From assembly GCA_030390025.1 (NCBI GenBank), contig CM059438.1, positions 63,366,001 through 63,430,000 of the forward strand: a stretch of DNA of 64,000 nucleotides, written 5' to 3'. Below the pieces are notes generated by a model. The model had not been told where the DNA came from and searched no databases. It was given only the letters and a program-made list of their open reading frames with translations. Both the position numbers and the translations under genes were made by a program. Below are positions 12,183-24,849 of the stretch, in pieces; the stretch's first letter is position 1; each line of letters starts with the position of its first letter. The DNA comes from Squalus acanthias (lineage: Eukaryota).

Positions 12183-12877
12183 TAGAAAATCACAGAAATC
12201 AAGGCTAATTTTGACATTAATTTTACTCAAACAATATGTAAAAAAGTAAGATTATGAAAGGGTCACTTCAGACCATCTATTTACTTTGTCCCAAAAGTTT
12301 AGATCCATGTCGGGAAAACATTTAAACATTTTCATCCCCTAACCCTACTTTGACACCAAGCTGCAACCCAAGTGTCCCGTCACAAATCAGAAACATTGCC
12401 ACTGCTTCTTTGGACATCTCTTCGAGTCCTCGTTCATTCTGCTGGGGCCAGTCTATTTTGCAAATTAACAACTTTATATAGAGTAAGTGGATGCGGGGAT
12501 TAATAATGATCCCAGTTGCTACTGGATTAAGTTTAGCCTCCTGCTAAACTTCCATAGTCAATTGGGACAGATGAAATATAGTCGAGATCAGAGATGCAAC
12601 AGGTTAAAATAACTAATAAAAATGTATTCACAAAATCAGGTAGAATTATAAAATACAGTAATCCAAACTAATACTACAGTATAATACCACTATGATTTAG
12701 AACGTCAGTATCTTAGTGCTCTTATTAGTCATTCTCCCATAGCAAGAATAAACTCTTGGAATTAAAAAAAAAAGTCCTTCATATAGTGAATGTTAACAGA
12801 TCAATCTTCTCGAGCTGTATTTTCCAGGTGGTGAGCTTCTGGTGGACTATCTAAGCCACATGCCCGTGAAGCTCTTC

Positions 12878-13130
12878 AGAATCATGGAATCATACAGCAC
12901 AGAAGGAGGCCATTCGGCCCATCGTACCTGTGCCGGCTCTTTGAAAAGAGCGATCCAATTAGCCCCACTCCTTTGCTCTTTCCTCATAGCCCTGCACATT
13001 TTTCCCTTCAAGTATTTATCCTATTCCCTTATGAAAGTTATTATTAAATCTGCTTCCACCATCCTTTCAACCAGTGCATTCCAGATCACAATAACTCGCT
13101 GCATAAAATAATGTCTCCTCATCTCGCCCC
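12878..13130 (-). mobile_element. CR1 3' fragment
   Basis: Homologous to 32948-33170 and 52413-52660. Confidence 0.75.
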
Positions 13131-14435
13131 TGTTTTTCTTTAACTTGAACACGGTTCAGAATCGAGCAGGAACTTAGGGATCTGCAGACAGACCTCGCTT
13201 TTATTCACTTACTTTGAAAAAGGAATGCTGATGAAGTTTTAAAATCTGTGCAGACGAAACTACTTTGCAACTTTTGAGTAGACCGCAGCCACTTTCACAT
13301 ATGCCAGTTGGCCAGTTTTGACACACAACCGTGTTTGAGTCTGACTTGCACCATTGTGCAGTGACAGACACAAACATGGTGATGTGAATGTCAGCATTGT
13401 GTAATGACATGTAACCATGCTTGTGTCTGTCACTGAACAATGGCGAACTTCACATAAACAATTCCTGGAATTGAATGGCTGGAACCGATTTCTGAGTCTG
13501 CAGGACTTGGCAATTACACTTAGCATTTAGACGAGCTAATTACGTTAGTTCACAAAAAGAAAGGCAACTAAAACCCTTTGATTATGAAAGGCAACAAGTC
13601 ATCTTCGTAATCCTTGTTTGGCGAAAACACTGCTGCTCTTTTAAATATTCACTGCACATTTCATCATTTGCGATGGTTACCTTTTGCTCCCGGTTTCTTC
13701 AATATATCACCCGGTTTTTAGTTCTGTATAGAAAGAAAGATACCTTTGTCTCCTCTTTGTTATGTCTTGAGCTGCTGTGGTGGCACAGCCATGGTAAACT
13801 TGAATGGATTAATGCTTTGTGTGCTCCTCTCTCTGACCTTCTTCCCTGGCAGATTATGTTGGCTTCACTGAAGGAGGGCGGTTTTGGAAGGTGGGAGAGG
13901 TTGTTCAGTGTTGATGTACTGTGTGGGCGCCGTCTTCATAACAACAACAACAAAAATTGTGCTTGTCTGAACTCGGGCATCTTTAAGCTTTGGCTCGTCA
14001 AGATTGAAGGAGTTGCGTTTGCTTTGTTTAGAAACAGGGGGAATTCCAAGTAATGTAATTGAAAGTTTTCTTGATAATGAAAGGATCTGACCAGCCGGAT
14101 CCAAGCAAATGTCGAATTCAATTGAAAAGTTGAATACATGGGACTGGGGTTATAGATTTATGGGAAGCAAGCAATGAGAACAAAAGTTGGGTGGAACTTT
14201 TTCACCCAAAGGGTGATGGAGTTATGTCCTAAGTTCCCAGGGAAAACTATAGGGAGCATCAGTGAAAAGTTCCAAACAAAAAGAACATACTATGTATGGA
14301 AAGCAAAGTCACAGTCCCTGTATATAACCCATATTAGTTGAAGGACATCAGATGAATCTTCCGTCCTCAAAATTTGTTTCGGAGAAGTGGATTGGGGATT
14401 TACCACTTGCATTCAATTTCATACATAGAACCATA

Positions 14436-14825
14436 GGGGGAGAAATTCGATATCGCCCCGTTTGGGGCGCAATTATCGGCCGGGCGCAAAGTTTAGTGCC
14501 TGGCGCTAATTATCGCCTCCAACTGCAAACTTGGTTTCTATCGCCCCTGGAGGTGATTGGAGCACTAAATCAGGCGCAACACACCTCTCTTAAGGTGCTA
14601 ATGCCGAGGAGCGAGGCGCTACCTCAGAGCGCTGGCGAATCTCATGTGATGTCAGTCAGCAATGGAACATAGACACACTGGCACTGGCCAGTTCTTAAAG
14701 GGGAAGGTCGATCTTGCTCTCCATCCACACCCTGCTAATTGCAACCTTGAATCTCGGCTTGGAGAGACTTGTACATCAAATCTGCTGGAAAGAACAATGG
14801 AGAGGCCCAGGGAAAGAGCTCAGAG
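14436..14825 (+). mobile_element. Truncated Harbinger end (Myb-side terminus, promoter and first Myb codons)
   Basis: Starts with TIR GGGGGAGAAATT, matches the reverse complement of 39850-40224 and 63200-63583, and ends in ATGGAGAGGCCCAGGGAAAGAGCT (MERPRERA). Confidence 0.8.
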
Positions 14826-14974
14826 TGCAGCCCCATAGTCTCTTCTAAATCGATGCAAGGAAGATCAAATCAAAATGAACCTGCAAAGTGCTGCTCAGTA
14901 CCCAAAACTCCTTCACACAGCGTTGAATCTCTCCAGAAGTCTATTGCTCTCTCTCAGAATGCAAATTAGTTCTA

Positions 14975-15835
14975 ATCACCCTTTCAGGTAGTGCATTCCA
15001 GATCTTAACCCTTTCTCCTCATTTCCCCTCTAGTTCTTCTGCCAATTATTTTAAGTCTATGGCCTCTGATTACCGACCCACTTGCCAGAAGAAATAGTTT
15101 CTCCCTACTTGCTCTGTCAAAATCCCTCATAATTTTGAATACCTCTATTGGATCTCTCCTTAACCTTCTCTGCTCCAAGGAGAACAATCCCAGCTTCTCC
15201 AATCTCTCCACATAACTGAAGTCCCTCATCCCTGGTGCCATCCTGGTAAACCTCCTCTGTACCCTCTCCAAGGCCTTGACATCCTTCCTAAAGTGTGGTG
15301 CCCAGAATTGTACACAATGCTCCAGCTGAGGCCTATCCAGTGATTTGTAAAGGTTTAGCGTGACTTCCTTGTTTTTGTATTCAATGCCTTTATGTAGAAA
15401 GCTAAGTATCCCATACGCTTTCTTAACTGCCTTATCAACTTGCCTTGCCACGGTGAAGGATTTGTGAATATGCACCCCCAGGTCCCTCTGTTCTTGCATC
15501 CCCTTCAAAATAGTCCCATTTAGATTATAGTCATGTTGTTTCTCCCATGTTGTTTCTTCCAAAGTGCATCACTTCACACTTATCTGCATTAAATTGCATT
15601 TGCCATGTGTCTGCCCATTTCCTCAGTCTGTCTATGTCCTCCTGAAGTCTGCTGCTATCATGTTTACTATTTACTATGATGCCGAGTTTTGTATCATCCG
15701 CAAACTTTGAAATTGTACTCCCTATACCCAAGTCCAGGTCATTTATATATAACAAGAAAAGCAATGGTCCTAATACTGACCCCTGGGGGACCCCACTACC
15801 TACTTCTCTCCAGTCAGAAAAGCATCCAATCACCA
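14975..15835 (-). mobile_element. CR1 RT/3' fragment
   Basis: GVPQGSVLGPLLF, FADDTKL, RPQLEHCVQFW motifs; one frameshift. Confidence 0.9.
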
Positions 15836-16906
15836 CTACCTAAGCTAACCTGCTTTGAACCATCTTAAATAAACCAATCCAATAGTTATTGATTATTAAC
15901 TAAGCTACATCTGTCAACAGCAAGACCACTGTTTTCATGTTTTCAAGTAAAGATCCTAGTGCATTGGCCCAGCTGAGAAATATATAATAAGTTATAACAC
16001 TGCAAGATGTAACACTTGTAGTTAGATGCAGGACGGAGCCCACATCTGCCACAGTCACATTAGGTTTTGTAAGTTATGTCAGCCTGACATTTAGCATCAC
16101 ATGAAAAACAGTTGAGTTGAAGAGGAAAGATAGAGTTGGAGATGACTAGTACCAATATTCTAACACTATTCAGAATCGTGAATGTGGAAGTCTGCAGGTG
16201 AATGGACGCTCCAGGTATGTTTCTGGGTCTGTGAAACTACAGGGGCACTTGATTTCTTAAGGGAGAGGATTTTGAAAATTCTACCTTAGGCTTGTTCTTT
16301 TTCTTTGCGATTTTGTTGATGGTTTATGTTTACGAGCTATGGAGCTAGAAGAGGGGAAGGGATGAGAGGGAATGGGGACCGCAGACCTATGTGTGTGCAA
16401 AAGTAATGGCTCTGGGTTTGCAGAGTACAGAGGCTACTCCACAACTCTGTAAATGGAGCCATTGCCTTGCACTGTAGCTCTCAGTGTCTTGCGGAAGGAC
16501 TGGTTTTAATTTCCCTTTGAAGGCTCTGTATTCAGAGGAGACACTCAGGATGGACTCAGATGTTTGGCTTTGAGGTTCCCCTTTTTCCTTGCATTGATTT
16601 GGCACTTCCCCATGATTGACTGATAGTGAACCCGTATGCTGGCATTAGTCCTCACCAGTGTTAGAAACACACTGTGCCAGAGTGGTGCACTGCGGCCAAT
16701 TCCATGGTGCCGTTGGAGATCTGTGAGGTGAATAGATCAAATAACAGAACAGCCTTCAACCATAAACAGCTACAAATTGCCAATGCATAAAAAGAAAGAA
16801 CTTGCCTTTATATAGCGCCTCTCACGACCTCAGGGTGTTCCAAAGCACTTTGCAGCCAATGAAGAACTTTTGAAGTGTAGTCACTGTTGTAATGTAGGAA
16901 ACGTGG

Positions 16907-17051
16907 CAGCAACGTGATACTGGTCCCACAAACAGCAATGTGATACTGGTCCCACAAACAGCAATGTGATACTGGTCCCACAAACAGCAATGTGATAATT
17001 GTCCCACAAACAGCAATGTGATACTGGTCCCACAAACAGCAATGTGATAAT
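16907..17051. repeat. 26-bp tandem repeat (CAGCAATGTGATACTGGTCCCACAAA) x ~5.5
   Basis: Directly visible; the unit is SINE-derived. Confidence 0.9.
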
Positions 17052-17776
17052 GGGCCAAATCTTGCTGGAACAGTGCATCTTGCGGCGAGCGTCTCTTTCC
17101 TGCACCATTTCAACTCGAATATAATTTGCGCCGTAACTTGCTGGAAGTGTGAGCTGAATACGGCACATCAGGGCAACGGGGCATCTGGGATCTTAGTGAA
17201 CGATGGGACCAACAGTTTTATCACCTTAACCAAGGAGATTTAAGAATTGAGAAGGAAACAGGGGAACAACGGAGAAGGAGGGTGAATTAGAGTCAAATCA
17301 GTTACAGAAAGAGAAATAAAGAGAGGGAAAGAAAGATTGGATTAAGAGAGAGAAAAAAGAGACAGAAAGGAAAAATGAAGAAAAAAATAAAAAAGTTGAC
17401 ATTTTGCAAATCTCTAACAACATTTTACTACATGCAGGAATGAGACTCATGAGACAGCATAAATTGTTCCCTTTCTGGCCGGAGAGATTGATTGACATTG
17501 TATTAACAATTCTCACACTGTTAATTATGAGCCCTAACTTTCTGCGGCGAGTTTAATGTGCAAATTCAGCAAGTTCTTTAAAATAACGGGGAGGCTAAGG
17601 GCGTGATGCCGTTTGTGCGAAGGAAACGGGGGAGCGGCGTAAATCGAGCAGCAAGTTCTGGAGACTCACAACTCACGGTGTGTCTCTTAATCACCTGAAC
17701 TTGCTGGCTGATCTGCACATTAATAAAGGCGCGTGCGTTGTTAACACGCCATTCATTTTCCAGGAAGATTTAGCCC
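17052..17776. mobile_element. Non-autonomous Harbinger-type DNA transposon
   Basis: 19-bp TIRs GGGCCAAATCTTGCTGGAA / TTCCAGGAAGATTTAGCCC; 3-bp flanks AAT/AGT; interrupts a SINE cleanly. Confidence 0.85.
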
Positions 17777-18855
17777 AGTGACTAGATAATCTGTTTTAGT
17801 GATGTTGGTTGAGAGATAAATCTCGGCTGGGACACTGGGAGAACTGCCCTGCTCTTCTTCGAAATAGTGCCGTGGGATCTTTTATGGCCACCTGAAAGGG
17901 CAGACGGGGTCAAGGTCTAACGTCTCATCCGAAAGACGTCACCTCTGACAGTGCAGCACTCCCTCAGTACGGCACTGGAACATCAGCCTAGATTATGTGC
18001 TCAACTCTCTGTAGTGGGACTTGAAAACAGCACCTTCTCACTCAGAAGCTGAGCCACACCTGACACCTGCAACAAATTGGAACACTCGCTGACAGAATTT
18101 GCCAAGGACCTAAAGCTCAATAAAACCACCCAAGTGGTTGTAATCTCATTACAAGCCATGGCTGACACCTGCATGCATGAATTCTCCAAACAGGTGGATT
18201 TGCAGAAATTACATCTTTGTGATAAATGTTAAAACAAAATGAGTTACCCAGTACTCTATTTCATAATATCTTTCCCCTGTACATTACAACATTGTTGCTT
18301 ATTAATGTGTAACTTTTGAACACTTTCTATTGTTCGAGATGTGTGGGCTTGATTTTAATGGCCCACACAGGCAGAACCCAGCCAGCACTGAACGTATTAC
18401 TTGGTGACTTTATAAAGGTCAATTCAGGTCCACAATAATTCCAGTATTGACTCTCAACAGCGCTCGCAGTTGGTCTGTCTCTAATATGATTCCATTTGGC
18501 TCCAAGTAGTCTGGACTACCTTCTAGCCCTGAATCGAAATGCGCAAACATGAATCGTGTCCCAGTGCATCCATCCACAACGTCCTTTATTGTTTTACAGG
18601 ATTATCAGAAATCAAGCTTATAATTACTGAGAACATTCTGTAGCTAATGTGGGAGGGGAGGAATGCGGTGGCAGAGTAACCAGCTTTGATCTGAACGATT
18701 CGTAATATTTCCCCCAACCAATGTAAACAGTACTTCAGCAGCATATTAACTATAATGATGCTCAGTCTTTTAGGGACTATTTGTGCGAGGGCATCCTGTA
18801 CCAATTTTATCTTATCTGGATGATCCCAATAGTTTATTGACCAATAGACTCCCAA

Positions 18856-19163
18856 TAGAACCAGGGGTCATAATCTAAGGATAAGGGGTAAGCCATTTAG
18901 GACAGAAATGAGGAGAATTTCTTCACCCAGAGAGTGGTGAAACTGTGGAATTCTCTACCACAGAAGGTAGTTGAGGCCAAGTCATTAAATATATTCAAGA
19001 ATGAGTTAGATATATTTCTTAAAGCTAAAGGCATCAAGGGATATGGGGAGAAGGCAGGTACAGGGTACTGAGTTTGGATGATCAGCCATGATCTCATCGA
19101 ATGGCGGAGCAGGCTGGAGGGGCCGAATGGCCTACTCCTGCTCCTATCTTCTATGTTTATATT
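18856..19163 (+). mobile_element. CR1 3' fragment
   Basis: Same family as 7081-7368 and the 3' end of 24766-29890. Confidence 0.85.
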
Positions 19164-21308
19164 CTGAACTTGTCAGTAAGGGATATAGAAAACGCAAGTT
19201 TTCAGTTGATGTTAGAGAACCTTTCATGATGCAGTTGGTGATATTGTTGGCATGGCGAAGTATTTCTTTACTGCAGCGACTCTCCCAGGGATGGAGAATG
19301 TTTGGACATGAAATGTTCAGTCAACAGTGTTACAGTGACCGTCACCCGGTTGCCAATGTATTTGCCTACATAACAATAGCAACTGCGCTTCGAAAGCCAT
19401 CGATGGCTGTAAAGCGCTTTGAGACATCCAGAAGACGCGATGAGGTAAATGCAAGTTCTTTTCTTTACACATTCTGCATATTTAACAGAATCAGACAAAG
19501 TGTGATTCTCTTCTACATCTACATACTCTTCAAACTTTAGTCATCTCATTGAAATATAATTGCAGTTGGACTGTGCGAAGCAAAATAAACTTGGTCTCGG
19601 TGAGAATTCAACGGGATAGAAGCTTTGTGGGGCTTATGGTCCTTTTTAATGTTTGCAATTCTTTTGCTTAATCTCCAATTCCCCTCAACTCGCAGGCTTC
19701 AAGAGGGCTCCATTGCTCTTGTAAAGTTGCTAGGTGACTTTGGAGCTCTGCTTACAAAGCCAATAAAACAACAGTTTGGCGGAATAAAGACACCGTGTAA
19801 GGAGATTGCCTGAAACTGTTTGCCTGGAAGGACTGAGTTTCAAGATCTCCATGCCTATCAGGGTTTGTCTGTCTGTCTGTCTGTCACAGCCCCATCATTC
19901 TGTTTTGTTGCCTGCCTGCGAATACAGCTGAACTTCTCCATGTGCCTTTGACTGACCAACTGTCGCGGTGCTATCGGAATCATGGTTCGAGCAGTGCAAG
20001 TGACATTCATCTCTCCCACCACAACTTGGCTGACCCCATCCATGCCTCCATGCAGTAATTCACAGCATGAGTTCCCCAAGGCTGATGGTAAAAGTTTTCA
20101 AAGAAAGGGCACAGCATTTGGAAGAGGAATCCACGCTCTCAACTCGAAGTACTGATTTTCATATTTAGACATGTCAGTCGAACAGGGCATCGTTGGAGTG
20201 GGCAAGCAGTCTGCAATCAGAGGTGTGACAGACTGACTGTCCAAGATGGACATGGGGAGGGGTGAAATAAAAGAGATTCATGCTGGCGCAGTTCTTGTAG
20301 ATGGCTCGAGTGGCATTGAAAGAAGATTGTCTCTTTGTTATTGTTATGGGGAAAGAGATACATTTCTTGGGTTCGCTATATCCGGCCACTCCTGTGAGTG
20401 AGCCCTCGCTCATTGTGACCTGGCACGTGCCTTTAATTGGCCAATGCCGAGTAATTTGTACCAAGGGATCGAAGAGAAAACCCTCGTTACTGTATTTTTT
20501 TTTGCTGGTTATATCATGTGCCCACATTATTTTCCTTGACTTCAGAAGGCGATAAAATAAACACTCTGCTGGACGATGGCGTAGGCTATAATCTGACAAG
20601 CAGATTTATTAAACAATAAATGGATAAGTCAACAGAAATAATGACACACTAGATTTACAGTACAAATTACTTGAATATTAACCTTTTATATAATGGTTTG
20701 TTGTTTATAATCCACAGAGGTTTTTCTCTGGCCTATCTATCAATCTCTGGCTTCAGATGGACTACCCAATTTTTACAAGAAAGGCTGAGAAATACTTTTC
20801 ATAAAAATGACCAGGACAAAGAACATTTAAATAATTGTCTTAAAATCAAAAAGAGCTGCCAATCAAACATTTGTACAAAGAAAACTCACAAGGTGCTTGT
20901 ATTTGAATTGAATAGCCTGGCCCTCCCTCAAGTACCTGACCAGCCAAAAGGTTTACATTACAACAGTGACTACACTTCAAAAGTACTTCAGTAGCTGCAA
21001 AGTGCTTTGGAACGTCCTGAGGTCATGAAAGGCGCTATATAAATGCAAGTCTTTCTTATATTCTGCAGCTATTATATGAAAACAAGCTGGGCATTTTCGA
21101 TGAGTTTCCTTCACTTTTAATCCCACCTGTACCATGACAGAACAAAAGAATACAATATTATGATACATAATCAACAACCATTTTTGTCATAGGTGTTCCA
21201 GTAAACTAGAGAGAGGGAATGAAAAACAAAACGATCGATGTGGAGTTGGGATCAATTGAGGGGACAATGATTAAAATCAGGGGAATGAAACAACAAAGAA
21301 GATTCTGA

Positions 21309-21860
21309 CATAAGAACATAAGAAATAAGAGCAGGAGTAGGCCATTTGGCCCTTCGAGCCTGCTCTGCCATTCAATAAGATCATGGCTGATCTTCTACCT
21401 CATCTCCGCTTTCCTGCACTATCCCCATATTCCCTTAATATTCAAAAATCTATTTATCTCTGTCTTGAATATACTCAATGATTGAGCCTCCACAGCCCTC
21501 TGGGGAAAGAGAATTCCAAAAATTCACCACCCTCTGAGTGAAAAAATTGCTCCTCATCTCAGTCCTAAATGGCCGACCCCTTATTCTGAGACTGTGACCC
21601 CTGGTTCTAGACTCCCCAGCCAGGGGAAACATCCTCCCTGCATCTACCCTGTCAAGCCATGTAAGAATTTTGTATGTTTCAATGAGATCACCTCTCATTC
21701 TTCTAAACTCTAGAGAATATAGGCCTAGTCTACTCAATCTCTCCTCATAGGACAATCCCCCCATCCCAGGAACCAGTCCGGTGAACTATCGTTGCACTCC
21801 CTCTATGGCAAGTATATCCTTCCATAGGTAAGGAGACCAAAACTGTACACAATACTCCAA
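21309..21860 (-). mobile_element. CR1 3' fragment
   Basis: YEERLSRLGLYSLEFRRMRGDLIE motif; (TTCTTATG) tail. Confidence 0.9.
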
Positions 21861-22689
21861 TACTGACAACTCTGCAAGCACGATTCAAAGAAGAACAGAG
21901 TTTCCCAGTGTGGTGGTCTCTATTCCTGCCTGAACCTATAGCATCCAAAAACTAAACTAACCGGTCACCTGTCTCATTGCTGCTTATGAGATGTTGCTGT
22001 GCACAAAATGGCTGCCACATTTGGCTATATAACAACCGTAACTGCACTTCAATCGCAATTCATTATGTGGAAAGTGCTTGGGAACACGTTGAGGTGCCAT
22101 GTAAATGCAAGTTTAAAATACTAAAACGCACTCGTTCAGCAAGTAAACATCTTGTGCAAGTCTCCTGTCCTGGCTTGGTAAATTATAATCTGGTTATTAC
22201 CACGGTAGAGAGCCCCCGTGTCTGTCACCATGTTCATATTTCGAGTCCGTGCTCCTTCGCACCGTCTGTTCTTGACGAGTCAATAATTTCTTTGTTCCAA
22301 CATTTCACTTAATCGAGGGTGTTCTCTCATTAGTAATTTTCTAGTCGAAATATTGGACCATTTAATAGCAGAATTTCTTGCAGACTTTTAATTCAAAGTT
22401 TATGAGCTAGAAGTCATTTGAAAATGAGCTGTTTGTTTAAAAAAACAACCCTATATCAGTTACAATACTGAGTTTGGCACTGGGGGAAGCTAGTTACCTT
22501 TGTATAATGTATTCAGCCTTATATTGTGCATGAATGCAGTCTGGTTCGTTAGTCTGTGCAGTTAGTTTGAAGTTGTTTTTTTGATCGGAACATTTGAAGT
22601 ATGAATTAAGCAATTTTAATAAAACAGCACCGGAGGCTTTTAATTTTGTAAAATTTCAATTCAAATTAACAGACAATTTGAATTAAAAA

Positions 22690-23080
22690 TGAGCTTGCAT
22701 TCATATAATGTATTTCATGCTCTCAGCCAATGAAATACTTTTGAAGTGTAGTCACAGGTTGTGGACAATCGTGGCAGCCAATTGGTGCACAGCAAGAGCT
22801 CACAAACAGCAATGAGGTGACTGAGTCGTTAATCTACTTTTGTGCTGTTGGCCAAATTATGAACATTGGCGAGGACGCAGGGAGAATTCCTCGCTCCTAT
22901 TCAAAAAGTTTATGTTGAGTTAGGTTTGATATCTCCACCAAAAGATGGCATCTCTGACAATGTAGCATTCCCTCAGCACCGAAGTATCAATCTGGATTAT
23001 GTGCTCAAATCCCAGAGTGGGTCTTGAACCCACAATCTTCTGACTCAAGAGGCTAGGGAGCTACTCACTGAGCCAACCTG
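22690..23080 (-). mobile_element. Deu-domain SINE, degenerate
   Basis: Tail, core and tRNA head recognisable. Confidence 0.7.
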
Positions 23081-23099
23081 AATTACAACTACATGTTGC

Positions 23100-23315
23100 A
23101 CTTTGGCCAATATTTATCCCTCAATCTACATCACTACAACAGATTATCTGGTCATTATCACATTGCTGTTAGTGGGAGCTTGCTGAACGCAAATTGGCTG
23201 CCACGTTTCCTACATTACAACAGTGACTACACTTCAAAAAAGTACTTCATTGGCTATAAAGCGCTTGGTCGTGAAAGGCGCTACAGAAATGCAAGTCTTT
23301 CTTTTTCTTTCTTTT
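23100..23315 (+). mobile_element. Deu-domain SINE 3' half
   Basis: Matches 11967-12182. Confidence 0.8.
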
Positions 23316-23687
23316 GTCATTATTTGGCTGCACATGAATGCAAGTAGTTCTTGTTCCTGCCTATATCCCCATGTTCAACTGGAGTCCCGAGATTGTAGAC
23401 TCCTGCCCTGCCACTTCAGCAACAAGATGATCTAGCACTCTCATGCTCTCCACTCAGAGGAAGCCAAAGTGTCTCTTGTAAATACCACACTCAGGTAGAC
23501 CATGCAGAGAGAAAAAAGAAACGTAGAGACAGAGAGGAATGCGAGAGAAGCAGAATATGTTAATCTCACTCGGCCATTCCAAGTGACCCATGAAGCACTT
23601 TTACACGTGCTTATGCTTTTTGTGTGAGGGAAGCGTTATCTGTAAGTTGCTGTGAACTGGAGACTGGTCCACGTGGCAGATGAACTT

Positions 23688-24297
23688 AGACATGGACCAT
23701 GTACAGCAGACGCCTCAAAGCACTGGAGAGGTAGCACCAATGCTGCCTCCGCAAGATCCTGCAAATCCATTGGCAGGATAAGCGCACCAACGTCAGTGTT
23801 CTCGCTCAGGCCAACATCCCCAGCATCGAAGCTTTGACCACGCTCGATCAGCTCCGATGGACGGGTCACATTGTCCGCATGCCCGATATGAGACTCCCAA
23901 AACAAGCGCTCTACTCGGAGCTCCGACATGGCAAGAGAGCCCCAGGTGGGCAGAGGAAATGCATCAAGGACACCCTCAAAGCCTCCTTGAAAAAGTGTAA
24001 CATCTCCACCGACATCTGGGAATCCCTGGCCCAAGACCGCACAAAGTGGAGGAGAAGCATCCGGGAAGGCGCCGAACACCTCGAGTCTCTTCGCCGGGAG
24101 CGAGCGGAAGCCAAGCGTAAACAGCGCAAGGAGCGCACGTCAACCCAAGCACCCCACTCACCCGCCCCTTTAACCACTGTTTGCCCCACCTGTGACAGAG
24201 ACTGTAGGTCCCGCATTGGACTCATCAGTCACCTGAGAACTCATTTTTAATGTGGAAGCAAGTCATCCTCGGTTCCGAGGGACTGCCTAAGAAAAAG
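23688..24297 (+). mobile_element. RTE-clade LINE 3' fragment
   Basis: QLRWTGHIVRMPD.RLPKQ.LYSEL..GKR..GGQRK motif and C-terminal CxxC..H..H finger (CPTCDRDCRSRIGLISHLRTH), short 3' UTR. Confidence 0.9.
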
Positions 24298-24849
24298 AGA
24301 TGTTGCTGTGGTCAGCTGGAAGAATCTAGTCGCTTAGAAAGCCATGGTGGTTCCAGCTGAAAATCACAAAGCCAGGGATTGCTGAATGTTGCTACCTCTG
24401 GTAGTTTTCTAGCAGCCACTTTATGGATGACAAGCTTTAAATACTTAGACTGAAGTATTCAACAAATACACTACTCTATGTTTCCATATTGCATATAGGT
24501 ATTCCTAAAGTCAATGTCTAATCTATTTAAGCAACAATGGAATTGCAAGTCAGCCATTACTATGGGTTATAGCACTCCAGGGTTCGAGTGATGTGTTAAA
24601 GCGAGTGATTGAGTGCAGGCCTGATAATAAGGCTTTGTGACCAGCCATTTAGTGTTGTACAACTAGGCTAATTAGACCTTGTATTTGTTTTATGTCCTTT
24701 GCCTTGTCTGTGGGAAAGTACGATTCCACTGAAGTGCTGCAGAGAGATTGGACCTCATTGGGCAACATAGAAGATAGGAGTAGGAGTAGGCCACTCAGCC
24801 CCTCGAGCCTGTTCCGCCATTTAATGAGATCATGGCTGATCATCCAAAT

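Larger units (their letters stand above)
16790..18068 (-). mobile_element. Deu-domain SINE split by a MITE and containing a minisatellite
   Basis: SINE tail at 16790-17051 and SINE core/head at 17777-18068 join colinearly. Confidence 0.85.

Noticed and set aside
13212..13933. Two minus-strand exon-like segments (13933-13744 and ~13432-13212)
   Set aside because: Plausible splice sites, but the open frames are phase-incompatible and the peptides are unrecognisable; could be non-coding, unsupported without RNA data.
20174..20599. 141-aa minus-strand ORF as a terminal exon
   Set aside because: No recognisable domain or linked exon; an ORF this long can arise by chance in a window this size.
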